Virus record (IMG/VR): IMGVR_UViG_3300045747_000694
Location: 42,165-106,164 of that record
DNA length: 64,000 bases
Strand: one strand, 5' to 3'
DNA from: a virus
The notes beneath the pieces were generated by a model. The model was not told the origin of the DNA. It was given only the letters and a program-made list of their open reading frames with translations, and made no database searches. A program made the translations under genes and the position numbers. This document shows, piece after piece, positions 39,685 through 48,666 of the stretch (positions within the stretch are counted from its first letter, which is position 1; the number at the start of each line of letters is the position of its first letter).

Positions 39685-40119
39685 ATGTTCCTCATCACCA
39701 TCTGCAACTCCTGCTACACCCGCTTCGACGTGACCATCGCGCCGGAGACGAGCCACCTCCTCGCCCAGCTGGCGGATGAGGAGGGGCTGGCCTCTTGCCC
39801 GCGCCGTTGCGGCGGGAAGATCAGCGTGACGGGGGACGTGACCGTCACCAGCATCGCGCAGGAGCAGAAGGAGCAGGTCCACCTCACCACGATGGAGCTC
39901 TACCGGGCCATCCATGGCGCAGGTCTCCCCGACGAGATCCCGAAGTCGGGCGAGCTGGTCGAGGCCATGCTCAAGACGCACAAGGTGAAGGACGCCATGG
40001 TGGAGGAAGTCGGAGACCGCATCTTCCTCCACGAGCTCATCCTGGAGAACGGCAGCACCATCCACCTCACCGCCGGCGGCAGCGGTGCCCAGGTGCTGAA
40101 GGTCACGAGGGCAACATGA
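39685..40119 (+). CDS. hypothetical protein
   Basis: Complete ORF. Confidence 0.45.
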   Translation: MFLITICNSCYTRFDVTIAPETSHLLAQLADEEGLASCPRRCGGKISVTGDVTVTSIAQEQKEQVHLTTMELYRAIHGAGLPDEIPKSGELVEAMLKTHKVKDAMVEEVGDRIFLHELILENGSTIHLTAGGSGAQVLKVTRAT

Positions 40120-40454
40120 GCGCGATCGCCGAACTGTCAGAGGCCGTCCTTCGCCTCGAGCACAAGATGGACCTCCTCTTCCGCGCTCTCGGGCTCGGAG
40201 AGGGCATCTTCCCTCAGATGAACTTCGTCGGGCTGAACTGCCCGGTGTGCAAGAAGCTGGTCGAGTACCAGGTCGATGTCGTGAACCAAGTCGTGAAGCG
40301 CAAGTGCGGCTGCACTACGGGGAAGCAGCCTCCCCTCATCCCACTCACCCCCGTGATGCAAGGAGCTACCGATGGCAGATCCGATGGAGAGCCTGATCGA
40401 CCAGGAGCAGTCGAGAGCAGCACCGAGGAGCGTCCTCGCCGCCAAGGGCGTTGA
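40116..40454 (+). CDS. hypothetical protein (3' end may be shorter)
   Basis: ATGA overlap with the upstream gene. Confidence 0.35.
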   Translation: MSAIAELSEAVLRLEHKMDLLFRALGLGEGIFPQMNFVGLNCPVCKKLVEYQVDVVNQVVKRKCGCTTGKQPPLIPLTPVMQGATDGRSDGEPDRPGAVESSTEERPRRQGR

Positions 40455-40644
40455 CCTCGCCCTCATCACCTACGTCGACGAGCAGGGGACGCAGATCACC
40501 CAGCTCGCCGTGGTGGGCGACAACCGGGTCCACGTCCTCGATGGCAAGCCGATGGGCTTCAGCAAGGTCACCACGCCGCAGGGCCTGGCCAACGACTGGC
40601 TGCGCGACGGCGTCTTCGCCAAGCTCGGGCGGAAGGTGAAGTAG
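40372..40644 (+). CDS. hypothetical protein
   Basis: Complete ORF. Confidence 0.4.
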   Translation: MADPMESLIDQEQSRAAPRSVLAAKGVDLALITYVDEQGTQITQLAVVGDNRVHVLDGKPMGFSKVTTPQGLANDWLRDGVFAKLGRKVK

Positions 40645-41070
40645 ATGACGGCGAAGATCGCCAGCGAGACGAAGCTCCTCCCGCGCCGCGGCTGGGTCCT
40701 CGTGCTCTCCGACGCCAGGAAGACCAAGCTCGAGTCGGGCATCTTCCTGCCGGGCTCGGAGACCAAGGCCGAGAAGGTGACGGAGCAGGCAGGTCTCGTC
40801 ATCCGCCTCGGTCCGCACGACCACCTCGACAAGATCGGGGTCGTCGAGGGCGACCGCATCGTCTACCGCGGATTCATGAAGCACCACGTGCCCATCGAGA
40901 CCGGTGAGTGCTGGCCCGACGGCTCGACGAAGGAGTTCTTCCTGATGGACGTGAAGGACATCCTCGCGGTGGTGCCCGAGGGCATCGAGGTGGGCATCTA
41001 CACCAGCCGTCCTTCGCAGCACGCGGTCGAGTCGGTGGACGCCGAGGGCAACGTGAAGATGAGGTCATGA
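40645..41070 (+). CDS. GroES/Cpn10-like co-chaperonin with C-terminal extension
   Basis: LLPRRGWVLVL...GIFLPGSETKAEKVTEQAGLVIRLGP...VVEGDRIVYRGF...ILAVV parallels the GroES LKPLGDRVLV...GGIVLP...ILAVV. Confidence 0.6.
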   Translation: MTAKIASETKLLPRRGWVLVLSDARKTKLESGIFLPGSETKAEKVTEQAGLVIRLGPHDHLDKIGVVEGDRIVYRGFMKHHVPIETGECWPDGSTKEFFLMDVKDILAVVPEGIEVGIYTSRPSQHAVESVDAEGNVKMRS

Positions 41071-41366
41071 TGAAGCTCTGGGACCCCGGCTTCGAGATCT
41101 TCGGCTGCCAGATCCTCACGGACCTGCCGACCGAGCAGATGAGGAGCATCGACGACGTCTCGGACAAGCACCGAGAGGCCATCGTCATGGGCCAGCACGC
41201 GCTGATGCGCCGCCGCCATGTCTCGAAGTTCGTCATCATCACGAAGCTCCAGGTCGTCGTCCTGCCCTCTCTCGAGTACGACCTGTTCGACACCATCGAG
41301 GTGGCAGACGTTCGTGGCGCCACCTTCATGGGCCGCGACAACCACACCGGCATGGGGAACCTCTGA
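41067..41366 (+). CDS. hypothetical protein
   Basis: Complete ORF. Confidence 0.45.
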   Translation: MMKLWDPGFEIFGCQILTDLPTEQMRSIDDVSDKHREAIVMGQHALMRRRHVSKFVIITKLQVVVLPSLEYDLFDTIEVADVRGATFMGRDNHTGMGNL

Positions 41367-41611
41367 TGGCCAACCCTCAGGGCAAGTTCAAGGTCAACTC
41401 GGTGACCGTGGTCATCGGCTACGAGACCCAGAACGGCATCGAGGAGGTCGTCCACGTGGTGGACGGCGTGAAGTGCGACATCCTCAGCGTGCAGCACGGG
41501 CTGGAGAGGAAGTCGCGAGCGGTGAAGGACCCGAAGGACGGAGCCATCCTCAACTACGAGCCGACGGGCGAAACGGTCCTCTTGCTCAAGGTCAAGTACA
41601 TCCAGGGGTGA
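41366..41611 (+). CDS. hypothetical protein
   Basis: Complete ORF. Confidence 0.45.
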   Translation: MANPQGKFKVNSVTVVIGYETQNGIEEVVHVVDGVKCDILSVQHGLERKSRAVKDPKDGAILNYEPTGETVLLLKVKYIQG

Positions 41612-41613
41612 GC

Positions 41614-41808
41614 ATGAGCCGCTACAAGTCGAAGTGGGTGCCCGGAGAGGCCAACGAGGAGTTCTGGTGCGAGGTCCTGAAGGGGAAGACCATCAGGGAC
41701 CTCCGCTTCGAGAACGGCAAGCTCACCGACCTCTTCCTCGATGACGGGCAGACGGTGTCCATCATCACCAACGAGAACGCAGTCGCAACCCTCGCCATCA
41801 AGGACTGA
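41614..41808 (+). CDS. hypothetical protein (64 aa)
   Basis: Complete ORF. Confidence 0.4.
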   Translation: MSRYKSKWVPGEANEEFWCEVLKGKTIRDLRFENGKLTDLFLDDGQTVSIITNENAVATLAIKD

Positions 41809-41810
41809 CC

Positions 41811-42029
41811 ATGGACGACACGCTGAAGGGGCCGGTGCTCAAGGTGCGTGGCCCGCAGAACAACCTGATCACGATCCACAAGGGGGGCATCGCTCTCGTC
41901 TCCATCTCGGTGGACGGCGTGGTGACCTACGGCGAGGGCTACACCCCGGACGACGCGGCTCGCATCTTCTGGGACGGCATCGCTGCCAAGCGGCCCACGT
42001 GTCCGCACTGCGGGAAGGGGATCTCGTGA
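41811..42029 (+). CDS. hypothetical protein with C-terminal CPHC
   Basis: Complete ORF. Confidence 0.45.
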   Translation: MDDTLKGPVLKVRGPQNNLITIHKGGIALVSISVDGVVTYGEGYTPDDAARIFWDGIAAKRPTCPHCGKGIS

Positions 42030-42358
42030 CGGACACCTTCTTCGGCTCGGTCAAGAAGGTCTTCAAGGCGTTCAGCAGCACGGACGGCGAGGACCAGCTC
42101 CTGATCCCAGGGCAGGACTTCCCCTACGTCATCACGGAGATCATCCTCCGCACCGACGGTCTGCCCGCCGACGGGGTCATCTCGCTGTTCAAGGACAGCG
42201 GCAAGCTGCTCGACATCAACATCCCTGCCTCTCTGGAGCCCATCTACGTCGACGGGGACAGGTGGATGGTGGGACACCAAGAGAGCGTCTCGCTCCAGCT
42301 AGCGGTCGGTTATGTCATCTCCGGTCGGCTCATGATCGAGATCGTCACCGACAGGTAG
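42026..42358 (+). CDS. hypothetical protein (GTG start)
   Basis: Complete ORF. Confidence 0.35.
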   Translation: MTDTFFGSVKKVFKAFSSTDGEDQLLIPGQDFPYVITEIILRTDGLPADGVISLFKDSGKLLDINIPASLEPIYVDGDRWMVGHQESVSLQLAVGYVISGRLMIEIVTDR

Positions 42359-42391
42359 TCCAACGCAGTCGCAATAGGAAGGAAGTGCCTC

Positions 42392-42595
42392 ATGCTGTCC
42401 CTTCTCGTCAACCTGCTCATCCTCTGCCTCATCATCGGCGTCCTCTACTGGATCGCCACGAAGGTGGCTCCCATGCTGCCGCCGCCGCTTCAGCCCGTCC
42501 CCCCCATCATCGTCGCCATCGTCGGCCTCATCCTGCTGCTCAACATGCTCGGTGTCGTCGGGCAGCCTGTCTTCCACAACCGCTGGGGAAACTGA
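42392..42595 (+). CDS. small two-helix membrane protein
   Basis: MLSLLVNLLILCLIIGVLYWIA...IIVAIVGLILLLNMLGVV. Confidence 0.5.
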   Translation: MLSLLVNLLILCLIIGVLYWIATKVAPMLPPPLQPVPPIIVAIVGLILLLNMLGVVGQPVFHNRWGN

Positions 42596-42596
42596 C

Positions 42597-42818
42597 ATGC
42601 CCAACATCGGCCCCGAAGAGATCGAGAACTGGTTCACCTACCACACGCCCGACAACGTCGACGCCTCGGCCTACACGGCGCTGCGCGCCCACGCCAAGGA
42701 TCTGGCGCTGGCCATCGTGAACCTCACGCCGCCCAGCGCCGACCAGTCGGCGGCCATCCGCAAGCTGCGTGAGTGCATCATGACGGCCAACGCCTCCATC
42801 GCCTGCAAGGGGAAGTAG
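42597..42818 (+). CDS. hypothetical protein
   Basis: Complete ORF. Confidence 0.4.
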   Translation: MPNIGPEEIENWFTYHTPDNVDASAYTALRAHAKDLALAIVNLTPPSADQSAAIRKLRECIMTANASIACKGK

Positions 42819-42824
42819 GACAGC

Positions 42825-43070
42825 ATGCCCTGGCCCACGAAGACCATCTTCGATGGCGAGCCCGCCGGTCGCGAGGAAACGAAGGACTTCTGCGACATGG
42901 TGGAGGAGCTGAAGAAGTACCCGGGCCAGGGCCTGCCGGAGCAGTACGTATTCGTCCTCTGCGCGGATCGCGTGTTCATCCTCAACACGATGAACCACCG
43001 CTACTTGATGACCACGAAGTTCACGTTGTTCGAGTTCTGGCCCCAGAAGGTCAGAGAGATGGAGAGCTAG
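42825..43070 (+). CDS. hypothetical protein
   Basis: Complete ORF. Confidence 0.45.
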   Translation: MPWPTKTIFDGEPAGREETKDFCDMVEELKKYPGQGLPEQYVFVLCADRVFILNTMNHRYLMTTKFTLFEFWPQKVREMES

Positions 43071-43502
43071 ATGGCCTGGGTCGTCATTGGTTACGACGAA
43101 GTCCTGATGCAGGACATGGGTGACGGCCAGGAAGTCGCCGTCGATGGCGCCCTGGAGGCCGTCAACTTCCTGCTCTCGCAGGGGCATCACCTCACGGTGT
43201 GGACCGAGCGGTTCACGCCCATGCCTGACTCCGAGAAGCAGCGCCTCAAGGAGCAGCTCGAGCAGGAGCTCCAGGCGCAGGGCTTCCCGCTGATGGAGGT
43301 CTGGACGGGCTCCACCAAGCCGGCCGCTGACGTCTTCATCGACAAGAAGGCGGTCACCTACGACGGGGACTGGAACCTCGTCATCGCCCAGGTCGGGGTC
43401 ATGCTCGAGGAGCGTGGCCTCGCCCCGGGCCCTCAGCCGGACGACGGCAGCATGGACGGCATCGAGTCGCCGCCGGCAGGAGAGGAGCCTCCCATTGGCT
43501 GA
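43071..43502 (+). CDS. hypothetical protein
   Basis: Complete ORF. Confidence 0.45.
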   Translation: MAWVVIGYDEVLMQDMGDGQEVAVDGALEAVNFLLSQGHHLTVWTERFTPMPDSEKQRLKEQLEQELQAQGFPLMEVWTGSTKPAADVFIDKKAVTYDGDWNLVIAQVGVMLEERGLAPGPQPDDGSMDGIESPPAGEEPPIG

Positions 43503-43704
43503 GGACCAGACGAGAGGGTTGGAGAACAACGCAGCGCTCGTGAGGTCCGTCTACCTCTCGGCGATCCGGCCCATGCCCACGCCACTCCTGCTGAAGGAGT
43601 ACGACGCCTTCATCGCTGGGCTCATGGCACAGGCTCCGGAGGGCTTCCTCGAGGCGTTCGCCAAGCTGGTCAGGGAGCAGAAGGACAAGACCGCGGAGGC
43701 ATAG
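43495..43704 (+). CDS. hypothetical protein (TTG start?)
   Basis: Complete ORF. Confidence 0.3.
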   Translation: MAEDQTRGLENNAALVRSVYLSAIRPMPTPLLLKEYDAFIAGLMAQAPEGFLEAFAKLVREQKDKTAEA

Positions 43705-43890
43705 GTGTCACGGACTTCGGACAAGCGGCGCCGCGTGCGCGTCAACATGAGGATCCCCTCCGAACTGCTGGAGTGGGCGAAGGACTACGCCGTGGCCAAG
43801 AACAAGAACGTGACCCAGATCGTGGTCGATCACTTCACCGGGCTGAAGGAGAAGGCGAATGGCAACGGCAAGACCCCCCAGCATCGGTGA
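43705..43890 (+). CDS. ribbon-helix-helix (CopG/Arc-like) DNA-binding protein
   Basis: MRIPSELLEWAKDYAVAKNKNVTQIVVDHF. Confidence 0.5.
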   Translation: MSRTSDKRRRVRVNMRIPSELLEWAKDYAVAKNKNVTQIVVDHFTGLKEKANGNGKTPQHR

Positions 43891-44419
43891 CGAGAAGCCC
43901 GAGCTCGTGCTGGTGCGCGACTCGAAGCCGCTGCCCAAGTCGCGCACCGACATCCTCGCGGAGGTGAGCCACATCTTCGCGCTGGGTGGCGTGCAGAGGG
44001 TCATCATCGAGGTCGGGAAGCCCCTCTTCTTCGACCGCCTGGTCCCGAAGTCCGAGGTGGCCGAAGACGAGACGACGGAGGAGATCCCTGCCGACGCCGT
44101 CGACCTCTACGGCGCCATGAGGAACAACGAGCTCCTCAACTTCGAGCTCAAGTACGGCTCGATGAGCGGGCAGGAGGCGCTCTTCAAGGCCTGGCGACTG
44201 CTCTCCTCCCGCAAGCTGGCGGCGAAGGGGTTCCTCGTCTCCGACTTCCCCGCCCTGCGGGAATGGCTCGACCTCGGGGAGGAGGACTCTGTGGACGACA
44301 TCTTCGGCGTCCCCGTCTTCAAGCACGCAGAGATCCCCGCCGACGTCATCATCCTCGTGGCCGTCGATGCTGCCGACCCCGAGGACGTGAAGCTCTCCCT
44401 TCGCATCACCCTGGACTGA
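43859..44419 (+). CDS. hypothetical protein
   Basis: Complete ORF. Confidence 0.4.
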   Translation: MATARPPSIGDEKPELVLVRDSKPLPKSRTDILAEVSHIFALGGVQRVIIEVGKPLFFDRLVPKSEVAEDETTEEIPADAVDLYGAMRNNELLNFELKYGSMSGQEALFKAWRLLSSRKLAAKGFLVSDFPALREWLDLGEEDSVDDIFGVPVFKHAEIPADVIILVAVDAADPEDVKLSLRITLD

Positions 44420-44421
44420 CC

Positions 44422-44898
44422 ATGAGCGAGATCGTCAAGAAGGTTCTCGGAAGCGGCCTCATCGACAAGCACACCGCGGCCCTGATGGAGCAGTTCGGTC
44501 TGCTCGAGCCCGGCGCCTCCGACTTGGTGAACGAGGGTGCCCTCAAGGACGCCACCAAGGCCCAGATGGCGAAGCTGGCCGAGGACCTCGCCGTCACGGT
44601 GGAGCGAGAGCACAAGATCAAGGAGACCTACCTCGACCTCGAGCGCATCCGCTGGCCGGCGCGGGTGAGCATCGGCATCGACCTGGAACTCGGGTCGAAG
44701 ACCGCCATCATCGACTGCGTGATGGACCGCCACGGTCGCTACTTCTTCCGCTGGCAGGATGTGGACTCGAGCTGGTTCGTGCCGGGCCGCCGTCTCTTCC
44801 GGGAGGGCTTCGGCACGCACGAGATGATCATCGAGGCCACGCCGCTCTACATCGACGACAAGCCCGTGGCCATCCAGGTCACCGCGCAGGCGGTGTGA
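44422..44898 (+). CDS. hypothetical protein
   Basis: Complete ORF. Confidence 0.45.
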   Translation: MSEIVKKVLGSGLIDKHTAALMEQFGLLEPGASDLVNEGALKDATKAQMAKLAEDLAVTVEREHKIKETYLDLERIRWPARVSIGIDLELGSKTAIIDCVMDRHGRYFFRWQDVDSSWFVPGRRLFREGFGTHEMIIEATPLYIDDKPVAIQVTAQAV

Positions 44899-45185
44899 TG
44901 GAATGGGACCTGCCAACGTTGAAGCGGGAGGTCGAGGAGAAGACCCTCGACCTGGTGGCCTTCTACAGGGCCCGGGAGACGATCCGCCGGCGGGTGCTGG
45001 AGGTGAGGGACTCGCCCAGCCAGCTGACGCCGCTGCCGACGTGGAGCGGGACGGACGCGGTGCTGGGGAGCCTGGACCTCTCGATCCACGCGATGGAGCG
45101 GACCCTGACCGAGCTCAAGGGGATGCTGAGCGAGGCGCAGGCCGCGGCGCCGCGGCTCCAGGTGCTCGACGGAGGCCTCGAGTGA
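44895..45185 (+). CDS. hypothetical protein
   Basis: Complete ORF. Confidence 0.4.
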   Translation: MMEWDLPTLKREVEEKTLDLVAFYRARETIRRRVLEVRDSPSQLTPLPTWSGTDAVLGSLDLSIHAMERTLTELKGMLSEAQAAAPRLQVLDGGLE

Positions 45186-45844
45186 GCAACGCCACCCACG
45201 AGGAGCTGAACCTCCGGTCGGCCCTTCTGGGGACTGGGCTCGTCCAGCCGGTGGACTCCGCCCTGACGCGGAGCGGCAAGCGGTCTTCCCTCGAGGTCCT
45301 GTGCCGCCAGATCCCCGGCCAGGAAGCTCCCTGGCTCAAGATCGTGGACGGGCTGCTGGAAGCCTTCGAGTCCGCCAAGGTGTCCCTCCATCTGTGCCGT
45401 CGATACCTGAGGAAGAACGGGAGGATGGCCTTCGGCTGGCACCTCGAACTGTCCGGCTCGATGTCCGAGATCAAGTCCGGGGTCCGGGACGCCATCGAGG
45501 TGCTCGCCCTGGCCCGCCCGACCCTCGACACGCCGATGGCCCGCCCGCGCGCTGCGCGGCCCGCCGCGGCCGTGCGGGAGCCGGACCTGGGCGAAGAGGC
45601 ACCCGGCGAAGATCTGGGGCCTGTGAGGGCTCCTGGGCCGCCTGCGAAGGTCCAGGCACCGCCCCCTGGCTTCGTCCCTCGGCTCCGGGTGACCAGGAAC
45701 GACGTCGACGAGGAGACCGGGCGCCCCTTCGTCGTGGAGGAGATGGCCCTGCCTCACGTCTACCGGGAGATGAACAAGCCCACCGAGGGTGGCCGGGGAG
45801 CCACCAAGACGGCCGGCGGCGAGCGGCCGAAGGGGAGAAGGTAG
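45182..45844 (+). CDS. hypothetical protein (GTG start)
   Basis: Complete ORF. Confidence 0.4.
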   Translation: MSNATHEELNLRSALLGTGLVQPVDSALTRSGKRSSLEVLCRQIPGQEAPWLKIVDGLLEAFESAKVSLHLCRRYLRKNGRMAFGWHLELSGSMSEIKSGVRDAIEVLALARPTLDTPMARPRAARPAAAVREPDLGEEAPGEDLGPVRAPGPPAKVQAPPPGFVPRLRVTRNDVDEETGRPFVVEEMALPHVYREMNKPTEGGRGATKTAGGERPKGRR

Positions 45845-46534
45845 ATGCCTGAGTCATTCAAGACCCTGGGGGACAAGCTCCAGCTGCCGGCCGGCGCGGC
45901 GCCGCCGGGCAACCGGTTCGAGGTCACCGAGGAGACCCGGCAGGCCAGCAAGGCCCAGCTGGAGCGGGCCGCCAAGACCGCCGAGGACCCCGAGGTCGTC
46001 GACCTCATCGCCGGCAAGGCCAGGGCGAGGTGGAAGATCGAGATCAACTTCCTCTCCGACCGGACCATCCACAAGCCCTGCGCCTACATGTGCCAGGTGT
46101 GGGAGAGCGGCAAGGCGCTCAACGGGGACGGTGACGCGCTCTCCTGGTGGTGCCTCAACTCCGACCCCGACTCGAACGAGGGCTGCCGGAGCATCATCCC
46201 GCAGGACGCGGTGCGCGGCGGCATCGCGATGTGCCCGAGCTGCAAGAGAATGATCAACGCCGAGAAGCTGGCCGACATGACCGGCGGCAACGTCCGCATG
46301 GACGTCCTCGCCACCTACATCGCCAACCTCTTCAGGAAGCTCGGCTCCAACGCCGACATCTACCTGAAGTACCACAAGACCGATCCCCGCTACGTCGCGC
46401 TCGAGCGGGCCAAGGGAGAGCTCGTGGCGAGGCGGCTGAAGGGGATGCACATCTACCCGCTGCACCGGCTCCTCACCGACATCTCTGCCGGCGCCGACCT
46501 CACGAAGCGAATGAAGGCTTTCCTCCTGTCGTAG
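45845..46534 (+). CDS. Cys-rich hypothetical protein
   Basis: CAYMC...CLNS...CPSC. Confidence 0.45.
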   Translation: MPESFKTLGDKLQLPAGAAPPGNRFEVTEETRQASKAQLERAAKTAEDPEVVDLIAGKARARWKIEINFLSDRTIHKPCAYMCQVWESGKALNGDGDALSWWCLNSDPDSNEGCRSIIPQDAVRGGIAMCPSCKRMINAEKLADMTGGNVRMDVLATYIANLFRKLGSNADIYLKYHKTDPRYVALERAKGELVARRLKGMHIYPLHRLLTDISAGADLTKRMKAFLLS

Positions 46535-46554
46535 CTGCCGCCTACACTCTCGCC

Positions 46555-47073
46555 ATGAACACGCGCGCCTTCCACTCGATGATGCTGAAGCTGGCCTTCA
46601 AGCTGAACCCTCAGGGGAAGGCGGAGGTCAAGGCCGAGACCCACTTCGCGGCGGAGAAGCCGAGCTGGGACTCCTTCGTGAAGAACCTGAAGAGCACCAA
46701 CTTCAGGAAGGCCATCCTCGGCGCCGAGCAGGCTGATCCGAAGCTGAAGAAGTACGTGAAGAACTTCGGCGGCTACGTCTCCTCGAAGGACGAGCTGGCG
46801 CGCATCAAGTCGAAGGACTCCGGCAAGACGTACATCGTGAAGGACCTCCACAGCGGTCGCTGGGGCTGCAACTGCGGGGACTGGCAGTACATCCACTCGG
46901 TCAAGGGTGGGGACTGCAAGCACATCAAGTCCGTCAAGAAGTCGAAGCTGGTGAAGACCGCCATGCTCAACGTCATGGCGAGGGGCTTCACCGGCATGGC
47001 TCGGGTGCAGAAGCAGCGCGAGAAGGGCATCCAGGCGAAGCAGACGATGAAGGCGTTCAACGCCCCACGATGA
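46555..47073 (+). CDS. SWIM zinc-finger protein
   Basis: CNCGDWQYIHSVKGGDCKH (CxCxnCxH). Confidence 0.55.
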   Translation: MNTRAFHSMMLKLAFKLNPQGKAEVKAETHFAAEKPSWDSFVKNLKSTNFRKAILGAEQADPKLKKYVKNFGGYVSSKDELARIKSKDSGKTYIVKDLHSGRWGCNCGDWQYIHSVKGGDCKHIKSVKKSKLVKTAMLNVMARGFTGMARVQKQREKGIQAKQTMKAFNAPR

Positions 47074-47210
47074 GGGCTAAGGAAACAATCACGGCCACCG
47101 CCTTCTGGCGCAAGGTGCCCCGTCACCGCGGTGGTCCGGCCGACTCGCCGCCTCTCGCGCGACTGCACGAGTCCTGCCCTACCTTCTGCCACTGAACTGA
47201 GGATCTTTGC

Positions 47211-47534
47211 ATGGCGACATTCACCGAGCTGCACGCAAGACTGGTCGACGCGAGGAACCGCAAGGCGGTTCTCCAGATGCTCGTCGAGCACATCGACAAC
47301 AACTTCCTCCCCACCGGGCCGGCGAAGGCCGAGCGGATGCTCCTCAACGACGAGAGGATCCCCGTCCCGCAGGCAATGTTCGAGGCGGTCATCGCCGACA
47401 CTCTCGACGCGGAGATCAAGCAGCTCGATCAGGAGATCGCCCGAGTCACCAACACCGAGCTCGCGCAGAAGGGCGCCGCCCCGAAGGCCGAGCCGGAGAA
47501 GAAGACCAAGAAGTCCCACAAGGAGGCAACGTGA
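47211..47534 (+). CDS. hypothetical protein
   Basis: Complete ORF. Confidence 0.45.
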   Translation: MATFTELHARLVDARNRKAVLQMLVEHIDNNFLPTGPAKAERMLLNDERIPVPQAMFEAVIADTLDAEIKQLDQEIARVTNTELAQKGAAPKAEPEKKTKKSHKEAT

Positions 47535-48088
47535 GCGAAGAGACGGCAGCAGTGGTGGAGGTTGGCAGCCCCGGGACCATCGAGGTCCCTCCGGACGCCG
47601 CCGAGAGGAAGCCCACCAAGCTCGAGGAGAAGCGCCGGAAGATCTACATCGACCGGATGCAGCGCCACATGGCCAAGGGGATGACGGCCGAGGCGGCGCA
47701 CATGAAGATCCAGGAGGAGGACTACGATCGCCTCCCCATCGAGGCCAAGCTGAAGCGCCTCGAGGTGGCCTGCATGCAGGCCATCCAGCGTCTCGCCCAG
47801 GAACTGGGCAGCCTCCAGAACAACGACCAGGTCATCGCCGACGCGATGGACTCCAACTTCCGCGCCATCACCAAGGCGCTCGTGAAGCTCGGCGTCTCCG
47901 GCGAGGAGCAGGTTGCCTTCCTCAAGGAGGCCGAGGTCGAGATCAAGGCCGACCGCGAGAACCGCCAGAAGGTGATGGAGCAGCACGCGGCGGCCATCAA
48001 GGAGGAGGCGGAGAAGGCTCTCGTCGAGAAGACCATCGACCAGCCCGGCGAGGCCACCGTGCCCGACGGCGCCACGGAGTTCGCATGA
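47531..48088 (+). CDS. hypothetical protein (GTG start)
   Basis: Complete ORF. Confidence 0.4.
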   Translation: MSEETAAVVEVGSPGTIEVPPDAAERKPTKLEEKRRKIYIDRMQRHMAKGMTAEAAHMKIQEEDYDRLPIEAKLKRLEVACMQAIQRLAQELGSLQNNDQVIADAMDSNFRAITKALVKLGVSGEEQVAFLKEAEVEIKADRENRQKVMEQHAAAIKEEAEKALVEKTIDQPGEATVPDGATEFA

Positions 48089-48624
48089 GCAGCTTCGACA
48101 ACGCCCTGACCGTCATCCTGAAGCACGAGGTGGACCCCGTCGCCGGGCCGTACTGCAACGTGCCGGAGGACAAGGGTGGCCCCACCTGCTACGGCGTCAC
48201 CATCGCCGAGTACCGCCGCTTCAAGCCCGGCGCGACGGTGGAGGACCTGAAGAACATCCCGATGGCGGACGTCTACACCATCTTCAAGGCCAACTACTGG
48301 CAGCCGCTCGGTCTCGACGGCGTGATCGACCAGACGGTGGCGACGAAGCTCGCCGACATCGCCATCAACGGTGGTCCCGGTGCTGCCTCCGCCCTCGCCC
48401 AGCGCGCCTGCATCGCCTGCGGACAGCCGCTGAACGTGGACGGCTGGATCGGGCCCAAGACGCGGGACGCCATCAACAGCATCCCGCCGAAGGACTTCAT
48501 GGTGGCCCTGAAGGAGCAGCAGCGGGACTTCTACCTGGACATCGTCCAGCACGACAAGACCCAGCTGACCTTCCTCTACAACTGGATGCGCCGGGCCGAG
48601 TGGCCGCTGGCGGGCCAGGCCTGA
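48085..48624 (+). CDS. endolysin: GH108 lysozyme-like domain plus PG_binding_3 domain
   Basis: ILKHEVDPVAG...DKGGPTCYGVT (GH108 N-terminal signature) and a C-terminal peptidoglycan-binding-like half. Confidence 0.7.
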   Translation: MSSFDNALTVILKHEVDPVAGPYCNVPEDKGGPTCYGVTIAEYRRFKPGATVEDLKNIPMADVYTIFKANYWQPLGLDGVIDQTVATKLADIAINGGPGAASALAQRACIACGQPLNVDGWIGPKTRDAINSIPPKDFMVALKEQQRDFYLDIVQHDKTQLTFLYNWMRRAEWPLAGQA

Positions 48625-48635
48625 GAGGTAAGGAA

Positions 48636-48662
48636 GGAGGGGGCCCTTGCGGGCCCCCTCCC
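48636..48662. terminator. hairpin ggagggggcccttgcgggccccctcc between convergent genes (preceded by GAGAGGTAAGGAAG)
   Basis: 11-bp GC stem with a 4-nt loop. Confidence 0.55.
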
Positions 48663-48666
48663 GTTG

